The notes under the pieces: model-generated
Told to the model about the DNA's origin: nothing
The model's database searches: none
What the model saw: only the letters and a program-made list of their open reading frames with translations
Position numbers and translations under genes: made by a program
Source of the DNA: a virus
Direction: 5' to 3' (one strand)
Virus record (IMG/VR): IMGVR_UViG_3300036851_000098
Coordinates: 15,867 to 79,866 of that record
DNA: 64,000 nt
In this document: one piece after another, positions 28,501 to 37,332 of the stretch
Layout: each line of letters starts with the position of its first letter
Numbering within the stretch: position 1 is the first letter of the stretch

Positions 28501-28525
28501 TCGTGGAGAAATCGCGCCATATAAT
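28501..28525 (+). promoter_or_regulatory. phage promoter-like motif P4
   Basis: TCGTG-N6-TCG-N6-ATAAT upstream of the nuclease/RNAP operon. Confidence 0.55.
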
Positions 28526-28586
28526 AGAAGGAGGGTACAATATCCCTTCTGCTTCTTTCTTTTTTCGGCGATCGGAAGGAGGTTTT

Positions 28587-28904
28587 GTGGCTGAGAACGC
28601 CTATCAGCGAAAATTGATCCGTAAGTTGAAGAGAATGTTTCCTGGCTGCGAAATCCTCAAAAACGATTCGCAATATCTTCAAGGAGTGTTGGATCTTACA
28701 ATTTTGTGGGGTCCTTTGTGGGCAATGCTTGAGGTTAAAACGTCTCGTGATGCTCCATTTCGTCCAAATCAAGAGTACTACATCAAGCGGTTTGATGAGA
28801 TGGCGTTTGCGTCTTCTATCTGCCCCGAAGATGAAGAGGAGGTGCTAACTGCGCTTCAACAAGCATTCGCATCTCGAGGGGCAGCATGCGTTCCTCAGTC
28901 CTAG
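28587..28904 (+). CDS. VRR-NUC-like (PD-(D/E)XK) nuclease / resolvase
   Basis: E..YQ.KLI..LK, QG..DL, LEVK, RPNQEYY; AGGAGG SD before GTG 28587. Confidence 0.78.
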   Translation: MAENAYQRKLIRKLKRMFPGCEILKNDSQYLQGVLDLTILWGPLWAMLEVKTSRDAPFRPNQEYYIKRFDEMAFASSICPEDEEEVLTALQQAFASRGAACVPQS

Positions 28905-29409
28905 TTCGTATCACTGGATCAACTACGACGAAGAAAAACTTAGGTTTCGCTATAAGACTCTTCGTGCGGCGCTCGAAGGAATAGAGCAGCATCGCTACGC
29001 AGCGATTTGTATCGCCGAAAGGATTGTCCAAGATGATGAAAGAACAACCCTGGGACTGTACATCAATCAATGCATTCAATACAGAATGCACCCAGAAATT
29101 GTCCTGTTTTATTCTCCTAATGCATTCGGAACAGTTGACGCCATTGCGTATCGATATCGAGTGCTTAGGATCTCAGATCTCAAGACAGGAGCCACTCGAG
29201 TCTCAGAACATCAGCTGGAAGTATATGCAGCGTTTTTCTGTCTCGAGTACGAAATTAGTCCTTTCCACATGAGAGGAATTGAGCTTCGTATTTACAAAGA
29301 CGGCAAAGTACAGGTGTACGATGCTGATCCCCACTACATAAAGGGGCTCATGGATAAGATCGTTCGTTTCGACGGAATTCTCAACATGCTTCGAGAGGAG
29401 GTGTCGTAG
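28849..29409 (+). CDS. Cas4-like/PD-(D/E)XK exonuclease (probable CTG start)
   Basis: Frame open from CTG 28849: (M)RFNKHSHLEGQHAFLSPSSYHWINY...PE..L.YS...FGT.DAI...ISDLKTG...QLEVYAA. Confidence 0.75.
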   Translation: MRFNKHSHLEGQHAFLSPSSYHWINYDEEKLRFRYKTLRAALEGIEQHRYAAICIAERIVQDDERTTLGLYINQCIQYRMHPEIVLFYSPNAFGTVDAIAYRYRVLRISDLKTGATRVSEHQLEVYAAFFCLEYEISPFHMRGIELRIYKDGKVQVYDADPHYIKGLMDKIVRFDGILNMLREEVS

Positions 29410-32273
29410 TGCGCGTTACTGAAGAAGACTACTTGATGCATTACGGCATCAAGCGTAAGTCAGGTCGGTATCCTTGGGGATCTGGTCAGAATCCTCTACA
29501 ACGTTCAAAGACGTTCCTAGGAATAATCGAGCAACACAAGAAAATCGACAAAATGACTGAGTCCGAGATTGCTAGGGCATACTCGGATAATGATCACAAA
29601 CTCAGTGTCGCTGACATTAGAGCAATGAGGTCTATTGCTGGTGCAGAAGTCAAGATGGATCAGATTCGTACTGCCCAACGTCTAAGAGATAAGGGTATGG
29701 GCGCGTCTGCGATTGCAAGGCAGATGGACCTAAACGAGTCTACTGTCCGTTCGCTTCTGGAGCCAGGTAGGCAGGAGAAGTTGGACATTCTCATGAATAC
29801 CGCCGACATGCTCAAGCGGCAGGTCGAAGAAAAGGGTATGATTGACGTCGGTTCAAACGTCAATCTAGATCTTCCGATTGGCGACAATCCTGCCACCCGA
29901 ATCGGAATTAGTCCAGATAAGTTTGCTACTGCTCTTTCCATGCTCAAGGAAGAGGGCTACCAAGTTCATACTTTCAACGCCCCTCAGGTTGGAACTGGAG
30001 AGATGACCAAGTACAAGGTGCTGGTCAAGCCTGGGGTTACGCAGAAAGAAGCTTGGTCCAATCGTGACAACATTCGTCTGATCTCGGAAAAGACCGACGA
30101 TCGTGGCAGAAATTTCACCGATTTTGGTATCCAGCCTCCGTTGAATGTCTCCTCCAAGCGAGTGGGCATCAACTATAAGGAGGATGGTGGTAGTGACGCG
30201 GACGGCGTGATCTATGTTCGTCCTGGTGTCCCTGATATAACGCTTGGTAAATCTCGTTATGCTCAGGTTCGTATTGCGATTGATGGTTCACACTATCTCA
30301 AGGGTATGGCTGTCTACAAAGACAATCTACCCCCTGGCATGGATCTTCAGTTCAATACGAACAAGTCCAACACGGGCAATAAGCGTGACGCTATGAAACC
30401 CCTGAAGAGGGACCCTCAAACGGGTGAGGTCGATAAGGATAACCCATTTGGTGCCGTCATCAAGAAGGATGGCCAGATCCTAGATAAGAATGGGAAAGTC
30501 AAGTCGGCGATGAATCTCATCAACGAAGAGGGTGATTGGGATACATGGTCAAGAAACTTGTCCAGTCAGGTTCTCTCGAAGCAGAAGCCTGAACTAATTA
30601 AGACCCAATTGGATCTTACTCATGATCGGCGTAGAGCTGAGCTTGAAGAAATTCGCTCGCTCACTAACCCGCAGATCAAGAGAAAGCTTCTCGAAACTTT
30701 CGCTGAAGAGACTGATGCTGCAGCTGTGCATCTCAAAGCAGCAGCTATGCCTAATCAGGCTACTAAAGTCATTCTTCCGTCGAACAAAGTAAAGCCTAAT
30801 GAGATCTTTGCTCCTACTTTCAGGGATGGAGACAAGGTTGCTCTTGTGCGATTCCCTCATGCGGGAACGTTCGAGATTCCAGAACTGACTGTTAACAACA
30901 AGTCACGTGAAGCAAAGGCTCTAGTTGGACTGAACAAGGGTGGGACAGCAAGAGACGCTGTAGTCATTCACCCCAAGGTAGCAGAGAGACTATCTGGTGC
31001 TGACTTTGATGGCGACGCTGTCGTTGTCATTCCAAACAATCGTGGGCGGATTACCCATAAGCCCCCGTTGGAGGGACTTAAGGGATTTGATCCTCAAAGC
31101 GAATTTGCTCCCTATCATGGTATGAAGACCATTGATGGAGGAACGTACAACGCTACTACAAAGAAGATCGAATACCCTAAGGACAAGGACGGTAACGAAC
31201 GCAGTCCCAACAAGTCGAGAAAACAGCATGAGATGGGTAACGTTACCAACCTAATCTCTGACATGACCATTCGTGGTGCTAACAACGACGAGATAGCTCG
31301 TGCAGTGAAGCACTCTATGGTGGTTATCGATTCTGAGAAGCATGTTCTCGACTTCAAGGCTTCGGAGAGAATCAACGGAATCACAGCTCTTAAGAAGAAG
31401 TATCAAGGCGTGCACCCTAAGACAGGGCAAGCACGTGGTGCTTCTACGATCATTACTCGTGCTACTGCACAGACTCATCCTGTACAAAGGAAGGACGCAT
31501 CAGCTGGTCCTGGCAGAACTAGGATCTCTAGTGGTACGGTTGACAATCGTACAGGTAAGAAGCTGTATGAACCTACGGGTAAGCGTAAGCGTGACGGTAG
31601 TCTAGCTACGTTTAAGTCTCAGAAGTTGGCTGAGACAGATGATGCCTTTGAGTTGGTGTCAAAAGGTAGGGGCACTACGGAAGAACAGCTCTATGCTGAG
31701 CATTCTAATCGGCTTAAGGCTATGGCCAATGAGGTACGTAAAGAACTAATCCGTATCAAGCCCATCCCCTACTCGCCCTCAGCCAACAAGGTGTACAAGC
31801 ATGAAGTGGATTCGCTTACAGCGAAATTGCGTAAGGCTGAAAAGAACGCCCCCCTCGAACGGCAGGCCCAGGCTGTAGCCAGGCGGATCGTTGCGGATCG
31901 TAAACGCGCAAACCCAGGGATGGAGAAGGACGAGGAGCGGAAGATCAAAGGTCAGGCGTTGACCGAAGCTCGACGTAGAACAGGAGCGGGTAAAGTACGC
32001 CTAGGTTCTGATGAATCCCCCATTACTGATCGTGAGTGGGAAGCTATTCAGAATGGTGCGATCTCGAATCACATGTTGGATAACATCTTGAAGAACTCTA
32101 ACATAGACAAGATCCGTGAGCGCGCAACACCTAGAGAGAAGCCTGTGATGAGTAATGTCATGACAGCTAGGGCCAGGCAGATGATTGCGTCTGGGTACCC
32201 ATTGTCGGTCATTGCTGAGCAACTGGACATTCCTGTGTCCACCCTTAAGTCTGGGCTTGAGGATGGGGGGTGA
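29409..32273 (+). CDS. single-subunit two-barrel (YonO/QDE-1-like) RNA polymerase with N- and C-terminal HTH
   Basis: DG..Y...AQVRI...YLKGMAV; LVRFPH; LSGADFDGD (30996-31016); MGNVTN; VIDSEKH; HTH motifs SAIARQMDLNESTVR and SVIAEQLDIPVSTL. Confidence 0.8.
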   Translation: MRVTEEDYLMHYGIKRKSGRYPWGSGQNPLQRSKTFLGIIEQHKKIDKMTESEIARAYSDNDHKLSVADIRAMRSIAGAEVKMDQIRTAQRLRDKGMGASAIARQMDLNESTVRSLLEPGRQEKLDILMNTADMLKRQVEEKGMIDVGSNVNLDLPIGDNPATRIGISPDKFATALSMLKEEGYQVHTFNAPQVGTGEMTKYKVLVKPGVTQKEAWSNRDNIRLISEKTDDRGRNFTDFGIQPPLNVSSKRVGINYKEDGGSDADGVIYVRPGVPDITLGKSRYAQVRIAIDGSHYLKGMAVYKDNLPPGMDLQFNTNKSNTGNKRDAMKPLKRDPQTGEVDKDNPFGAVIKKDGQILDKNGKVKSAMNLINEEGDWDTWSRNLSSQVLSKQKPELIKTQLDLTHDRRRAELEEIRSLTNPQIKRKLLETFAEETDAAAVHLKAAAMPNQATKVILPSNKVKPNEIFAPTFRDGDKVALVRFPHAGTFEIPELTVNNKSREAKALVGLNKGGTARDAVVIHPKVAERLSGADFDGDAVVVIPNNRGRITHKPPLEGLKGFDPQSEFAPYHGMKTIDGGTYNATTKKIEYPKDKDGNERSPNKSRKQHEMGNVTNLISDMTIRGANNDEIARAVKHSMVVIDSEKHVLDFKASERINGITALKKKYQGVHPKTGQARGASTIITRATAQTHPVQRKDASAGPGRTRISSGTVDNRTGKKLYEPTGKRKRDGSLATFKSQKLAETDDAFELVSKGRGTTEEQLYAEHSNRLKAMANEVRKELIRIKPIPYSPSANKVYKHEVDSLTAKLRKAEKNAPLERQAQAVARRIVADRKRANPGMEKDEERKIKGQALTEARRRTGAGKVRLGSDESPITDREWEAIQNGAISNHMLDNILKNSNIDKIRERATPREKPVMSNVMTARARQMIASGYPLSVIAEQLDIPVSTLKSGLEDGG

Positions 32274-32277
32274 AACA

Positions 32278-32568
32278 GTGGCTCACGAACCTGAATACAT
32301 GTTGACAACGGTAGACAACCCATTTGATCCTTGGACACAGTGGGATGAATGGTTCGCTTACGATCAGAATTCTGGGTACAATACCCCCGGCCTCCTGGCC
32401 AGGGTAGCTCTTGCCTCTAACGAATTAGCTGAAGTGGATCAAGATCATGCTATCCAGACAGCTATCCAAGAGATCGTGCGCGAGAATGTTTCTGGTGTTC
32501 ATACGAAAGTGAAAGAAGGAGAAGTACAAACACTTTCTAATCAGAACGAATCTGAGACCGAGGCATAA
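32278..32568 (+). CDS. conserved phage hypothetical protein
   Basis: MLTTVDNPFDP.TQ.DEW..YD...GY.T...LAR. Confidence 0.75.
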   Translation: MAHEPEYMLTTVDNPFDPWTQWDEWFAYDQNSGYNTPGLLARVALASNELAEVDQDHAIQTAIQEIVRENVSGVHTKVKEGEVQTLSNQNESETEA

Positions 32569-32910
32569 GGTTTATGTTAAATCTCAGGTATAGAAATTAG
32601 GTATCTCACATGAGTGAAGCACGACCCCCCTACCTCCACCTACCATGGATAGATAGTTAAAGAAAAACTTTTTCATACATGTTCTTTTCTTTTTTTTTGT
32701 AAAAGATTAGAAAAGAAATTTTTAGAACGGGTAGGGGGGAGGGGTCAAAAAAATTTAACCCCCCGTGTGCATCGCTCGGCTCCCAAAAATATCCCCGGGG
32801 GGATTTTTTCTGGGAACAATCTGGTATGGTACCCGGCATAAACCCCTTGGTAAGCGCGAAGAAGCCTTACTCATCAGTTCGAAACATAGTGCAAAAATTT
32901 TCAGATAAGA
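32569..32910. other. putative genome-end / packaging (cos-like) region
   Basis: 340-bp non-coding stretch with T/A and G/C homopolymer tracts between the RNAP block and the start of the virion/lysis genes. Confidence 0.4.
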
Positions 32911-32922
32911 AAGGAGGCACCG

Positions 32923-33609
32923 ATGGGCATCCATGTCAAGGGTGTTGAACAGCAGTACTCCAATCTGGGCCGCCAGATGGTTCATGATTCCAAGTCGCGT
33001 GCCTTCCCAACCGATGTCATCATCGACAAATCGAAGTGGGTTGATAAGAAGGTTCGTATCTACGACCCTGAGATCAATCCGAATCAGTGTCACGGCGAGT
33101 GCACGGGTTGCGCGAAAGCGATGGAGATGAATGCGCTTGGTAATCGGGTCGCCGGTGTTGTTCTCGGAATGAACAAAGCACACGAACTGTATTCGGCGGC
33201 AACTAAGATCGATCCATTCGAAGGAACGTGGCCGCCTGAAGATACTGGGTCGTCTGGTCTCGCTGCAGCGAAGGCGGCAAAAGCCTTAGGGCTCGGTGGG
33301 GCCTATCGTCACGTATTCGGTGGAGCAAACGAAGTTGTGCAGTTGATCATGCTCGGCCGCGTTGTCAACATCGGGACGTGGTGGTACGAAGGTATGTTCC
33401 ACCCGAACTCATACAAAGTCATCGTGCCAACTGGCGACATTGTTGGCGGCCATCAGTACATCGCAAGAGGGTACGATGTCGACACCGACCGTGTCATGAT
33501 TCGCTGCTGGTGGGGCTCGTTCCGAGATGTATGGATCAAACGGTCGGACCTTCATAAGCTTTTACTGGATGGTGGGGATGCTCACATCCAGGATCGACTC
33601 AAGCCGTAG
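32923..33609 (+). CDS. papain-like (C1) cysteine peptidase
   Basis: NQ..G.CTG, ELY..A...D, DTGSS, GGHQY...GYD, WWG.. Confidence 0.72.
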   Translation: MGIHVKGVEQQYSNLGRQMVHDSKSRAFPTDVIIDKSKWVDKKVRIYDPEINPNQCHGECTGCAKAMEMNALGNRVAGVVLGMNKAHELYSAATKIDPFEGTWPPEDTGSSGLAAAKAAKALGLGGAYRHVFGGANEVVQLIMLGRVVNIGTWWYEGMFHPNSYKVIVPTGDIVGGHQYIARGYDVDTDRVMIRCWWGSFRDVWIKRSDLHKLLLDGGDAHIQDRLKP

Positions 33610-33751
33610 CTTATGACTGTCCTGTTTAGTGTGATAAACATTCATTCGGGTGCAGTCATATCCACCGTGACATACGTTGTCGGGCTGAAGTCCGATCGCG
33701 TACTATCGGTATCGTCAGGTAAGAGATAGTACACACAACTAAGGAGGCATC

Positions 33752-33964
33752 ATGGCCCCTATCGAAGACGAGAATGTCCCGCACGAGGCTGAGCACGCTG
33801 CTGCAACCGATGCTCAGATGCGCCGCACTTCAGATCACGCGGCCATCGCAGATCTCGCGGCCCCGTCCGCGGCATATGTGGAGGCTGAGCAGATCGCACA
33901 GACCAACGCGATCAATGCGATCCTCGACGTCCTCCGAGACGCCGAGCTGATCCCGAGCGCGTAA
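33752..33964 (+). CDS. head-fibre/decoration-like small protein
   Basis: AAIADL...INAILDVLRDAELI C-terminal motif; GC-rich codons like the capsid gene. Confidence 0.55.
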   Translation: MAPIEDENVPHEAEHAAATDAQMRRTSDHAAIADLAAPSAAYVEAEQIAQTNAINAILDVLRDAELIPSA

Positions 33965-33970
33965 ACTTCT

Positions 33971-34012
33971 GTGACGTGGGGTAGGCGCTTACTCAGGTCT
34001 GCCCCACCTCAC
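33971..34012 (+). terminator. GC-rich hairpin (terminator/stabiliser)
   Basis: gtggggtaggc/gtctgccccac stem. Confidence 0.5.
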
Positions 34013-34033
34013 GAAGAGGAAGGAGGTGAGTGT

Positions 34034-34279
34034 ATGAACGCTACCACTCACGAAGCAGTGGGAACCGTGATCGAGTATGTTGATCCGGTCGGTAAGAGTC
34101 ACGATGCGCTGGTCACCGCTGTTTGGGGACCAGATCTTGGTGTGAACTCCATTAACTTGGTGTTCGTTTCGGATAATCATGCGAAGACCGACTCGTGTGG
34201 TCGCCAGATTGTACGAGAAACTAGCGTCTCGCCCGAAGGACCAAACACAGCATACGGTAGATTTTACCGAATCAAGTAG
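34034..34279 (+). CDS. hypothetical protein
   Basis: AGGAGG SD; ALVTAVWG...INLVFV. Confidence 0.7.
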   Translation: MNATTHEAVGTVIEYVDPVGKSHDALVTAVWGPDLGVNSINLVFVSDNHAKTDSCGRQIVRETSVSPEGPNTAYGRFYRIK

Positions 34280-34347
34280 TCTCAATTGGGGTGGCGCCGA
34301 CGAGGTACCTCAAAGCCCCGAGGCCATATACAAACAGGAGAGACATT

Positions 34348-34581
34348 ATGCATCTTACAAAGGATGAACTCGCGCATCGGTTCCAGTTCCATCCGGCCGA
34401 CGCACAGAACAAGAAGGAAGCTCATGAGGAAGTTCGCAATGTGTTGCTCGAGGCTGCCGACAAGATTGTTGACCTTACGGGTGCTCAGTCACGTGAACAA
34501 TCGCTTGCGGTGACCCATCTCGAGGAAGCTATGTTCTGGGCAAACGCTGCCATTGCACGCGGCGATGGACCGAGGACGTGA
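34348..34581 (+). CDS. Acb2/Tad1-like helical-hairpin anti-defence sponge protein
   Basis: RF.FHP...HE.VR...SRE.SLA.T.LEEAMFWANAAIAR. Confidence 0.65.
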   Translation: MHLTKDELAHRFQFHPADAQNKKEAHEEVRNVLLEAADKIVDLTGAQSREQSLAVTHLEEAMFWANAAIARGDGPRT

Positions 34582-35024
34582 GCGCACTTCTCATGATTCC
34601 GCGACTTATTGTCGTGGACCGGGAGAACTTCACACTCGACATCTATCGATGGCGTACGTTCAAACAACGTTACGATACTCAACATCGATATATGGTCACC
34701 GTAGGCAAGGAAGGCAATGAGACTCCTCATGGTCTGTACTTTGTCGAGCGTAAGACACGAGAAGCAGACTGGCGTATTCCAGAAGACCCGGACTATTCCG
34801 AAGAAAGCTGGGGAAGCATCGTTCCACACGGCGCCCCAGGCAATCCGTTCAAAAGCGGATTCATATCTCTGGGTGGAGATGTATCGGGCATTGGCATTCA
34901 CGATACGACGTTTGAACCTCGAGTGGGTACAGCGTCTAGTCATGGGTGTATCCGGATGAGAACTGAGGATTTTCTGGAGATCTATGATAGGTGCAAGATC
35001 GGAACACCAGTCTATCTACACTAG
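34578..35024 (+). CDS. L,D-transpeptidase (YkuD domain)
   Basis: V.VG...ETP.G, W..P, P.NP, IGIH.T...G...SHGCIRM, GTPVY. Confidence 0.88.
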   Translation: MSALLMIPRLIVVDRENFTLDIYRWRTFKQRYDTQHRYMVTVGKEGNETPHGLYFVERKTREADWRIPEDPDYSEESWGSIVPHGAPGNPFKSGFISLGGDVSGIGIHDTTFEPRVGTASSHGCIRMRTEDFLEIYDRCKIGTPVYLH

Positions 35025-35066
35025 GAGAGTTGGCTAACAGGACTGTAGGGGACCTGGGAGGCAACA

Positions 35067-35387
35067 ATGTATTTCGTTGTACCACAGACGTGGGTTACTC
35101 CGGCGATAACCGCCGCGGCTCTTCATTTCGGGCCAATTGGCCAACCTGTGGAAGTTAAGTATCGGGCTCTCGATTGGGGGATAGGTACGATCGACAGACC
35201 GAACGTGATAATTGTGGATAAGCGACCAAGATGGGATTGGTCTAGAGTAAAAGCTCAATGCACGCTTGTTCATGAGTATGGACATTTGACAGGAAATAGA
35301 CACTCAGACAATCCGAAATCAGTAATGTATCCGGTTTACAGATACCGGGTTTGCAAACGATGGCTAATACGCCATGGGGTGCTGTAA
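35067..35387 (+). CDS. matrixin-like zinc metallopeptidase
   Basis: HEYGHLTG.RHS..P.SVMYP (metzincin Met-turn). Confidence 0.8.
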   Translation: MYFVVPQTWVTPAITAAALHFGPIGQPVEVKYRALDWGIGTIDRPNVIIVDKRPRWDWSRVKAQCTLVHEYGHLTGNRHSDNPKSVMYPVYRYRVCKRWLIRHGVL

Positions 35388-35403
35388 AAGAAGGAGAGAT
35401 AAA

Positions 35404-35784
35404 TTGACCAACGCACGGCCGAACACAAAGTTCTTGGACAATCTTGACGAGGCTACTCTTCGCCAAGTGTGTAGCAGGCTAGATGCGCTTGAACCTTATA
35501 TTGCGGAGCATCGAGATCTTGTCAAACGTCGCCGTGCGTTGGAGATTCGCCTGGGCAAAATTTCAAAGTCGGATCGAGTGCGACAACTTCTTGCTCATCA
35601 TCCTAATGGGCTTACACGAGCAGTGATAGGAGATAAACTTGACATAACAGTCGGACTGTCGGGAGTGTTGGGTGAACTTAAACGACAAGGGCATATCGAT
35701 CAGCCTGGGAAAGGACTCTATCGGCTCACTGACCTTGGCCATCAGGCCACGAGTTCAATGGTGGTTAACCAAAACGCAACCTAA
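35404..35784 (+). CDS. winged-helix DNA-binding protein
   Basis: AGGAG SD before TTG; coiled coil then HP.GLT...I...L......G.L.ELK.QG.I....G.Y.LT. Confidence 0.6.
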   Translation: MTNARPNTKFLDNLDEATLRQVCSRLDALEPYIAEHRDLVKRRRALEIRLGKISKSDRVRQLLAHHPNGLTRAVIGDKLDITVGLSGVLGELKRQGHIDQPGKGLYRLTDLGHQATSSMVVNQNAT

Positions 35785-36418
35785 TCGACAAGATCATGAA
35801 GATCTTGTAAGCGCGGTGATGATTCAGCTTTTAGAGGCTGAAGTAAGATTTACCGGTACTCCAGAAACTTGGCCAGCATATGCTTGGCCTAGAATCAAAG
35901 GCACTATTCTTGACGAAATTCGTAAAACTAAACCAAGAGGGTTTCGTCGACGGCGACACGATGATACACCTGTGATCGTGTCTATTAACGAATTCATTGG
36001 GGAAACCGATCAGACTCTAAGCGATACGATTCCTGATATAAAAGCGATCATCGATCATGATCCGGTCGCAGAACAGAAATTTGCTGATGCTATCTCCGCA
36101 CTTTCTGTTAACGAACGGGTTGTGGTTGAGTTAATGATTGACCAGGATCTGTCATCAGCCGATATAGCAAAAGTCCTTGGCGTAACTAATGGGCGAGTAA
36201 GTCAGATGGCGAAAGCTATTCGACATCAACTAGTAGAGAGTCTTGCGCACCCAATGCTACGCAAGGAGGCTCTTTGTTCTCTACGCTCTGAAAGCTTTCT
36301 CCGTGATCGAGTCCGGAGTGGTCACAGCGTAAGAGAGATAGCAGACGAACTAGGTGTAGCTCGAACCAGCGTTCGAGAATGGATGAGGCTATACCAAATT
36401 CAACCAGTCAATCGCTGA
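35672..36418 (+). CDS. sigma-70 family factor (FliA/WhiG-like) with extra C-terminal HTH
   Basis: EDLVS....LLEA..F; AYA.PRIKG.ILDEIR; L...ER.V.......L...DIA.VLGVT..RVSQ. Confidence 0.82.
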   Translation: MNLNDKGISISLGKDSIGSLTLAIRPRVQWWLTKTQPNRQDHEDLVSAVMIQLLEAEVRFTGTPETWPAYAWPRIKGTILDEIRKTKPRGFRRRRHDDTPVIVSINEFIGETDQTLSDTIPDIKAIIDHDPVAEQKFADAISALSVNERVVVELMIDQDLSSADIAKVLGVTNGRVSQMAKAIRHQLVESLAHPMLRKEALCSLRSESFLRDRVRSGHSVREIADELGVARTSVREWMRLYQIQPVNR

Positions 36419-36459
36419 AGTAAGCGGTCAAACTAACACTAAAGAAAGGAGTGTGACTA

Positions 36460-36789
36460 ATGGCCAGATCAAGATCGTCTGATCGTAAGAACAACCCAGC
36501 GCGCACTCCTGAAGCGCGGGAGCTACAACTTGCCTCGGCGGCTTACGACCTAGCTGAGGAACAGCTCAACGCTGGCACAGCCTCATCGCAGGTAATCACC
36601 CACTTCCTGAAGATGGGGTCAACAAGGGAACGTCTCGAGCAGCAAAGCATCCAGCACGACATCGAACTCAAGAAGGTGAAGGCCGAGCAGATCGAAGCGC
36701 AGAAGCACATTGAGAGCCTCTTTGTCGAGGCCATCAGTGCGATGCGGTCGTATCAGGGTGGGGAGCCAGTCGAGTCTCCGGACGAGTAA
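36460..36789 (+). CDS. conserved phage protein, possible terminase small subunit
   Basis: PARTPEARE.QL...AYDLAE.QL..GTASSQVITHFLK; precedes the HNH and virion genes. Confidence 0.55.
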   Translation: MARSRSSDRKNNPARTPEARELQLASAAYDLAEEQLNAGTASSQVITHFLKMGSTRERLEQQSIQHDIELKKVKAEQIEAQKHIESLFVEAISAMRSYQGGEPVESPDE

Positions 36790-36794
36790 GTTCT

Positions 36795-37205
36795 ATGCGA
36801 ACTCGAACCTATAGAGAGCTTCGACGTATTGGAACCTTTGAAGAGCGCTTCCAATATCTCTCGCTTTCTGGTGAAGTCGGAGCAGCGACTTTCGGCTTTG
36901 ATCGTTGGGTCAATCAGCAGTTCTATCGTTCCAGAGAGTGGAAGCAAGCTCGCAACTATGTTGTTGTAAGAGACAACGGTTGTGATCTGGGAATTCCTGG
37001 TTTAGAAATTCAAAATGGGTATGTGGTTCACCACATGAATCCACTGACTCCAGAAGATTTGGAACGAGGTGGCGATTGGATTCTCGATCCAGAGTATCTG
37101 ATCACCACCACACATCGCACGCACAACGCCATTCACTACGGTGATGAGAGTTTACTCCGCAGAGCGCCTGTTGAAAGACGACCTGGGGATACAAAGCTGT
37201 GGTAA
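36795..37205 (+). CDS. HNH endonuclease (packaging-associated type)
   Basis: FYRS.EWK..R..V.VRDNGCDL...VHHMNP...THNAIHYG. Confidence 0.85.
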   Translation: MRTRTYRELRRIGTFEERFQYLSLSGEVGAATFGFDRWVNQQFYRSREWKQARNYVVVRDNGCDLGIPGLEIQNGYVVHHMNPLTPEDLERGGDWILDPEYLITTTHRTHNAIHYGDESLLRRAPVERRPGDTKLW

Positions 37206-37332
37206 CTCATCCACAGTAAAGGATCGTGAACGACCCGGCTTCGTAGGAGCTGAAGCGAGATGAGCGGGGAGGGCGATGGCCCCGGTTGAGTCGTCCAACC
37301 GTCGACCCGTTGAATAGACATAAAGGAGAGTA

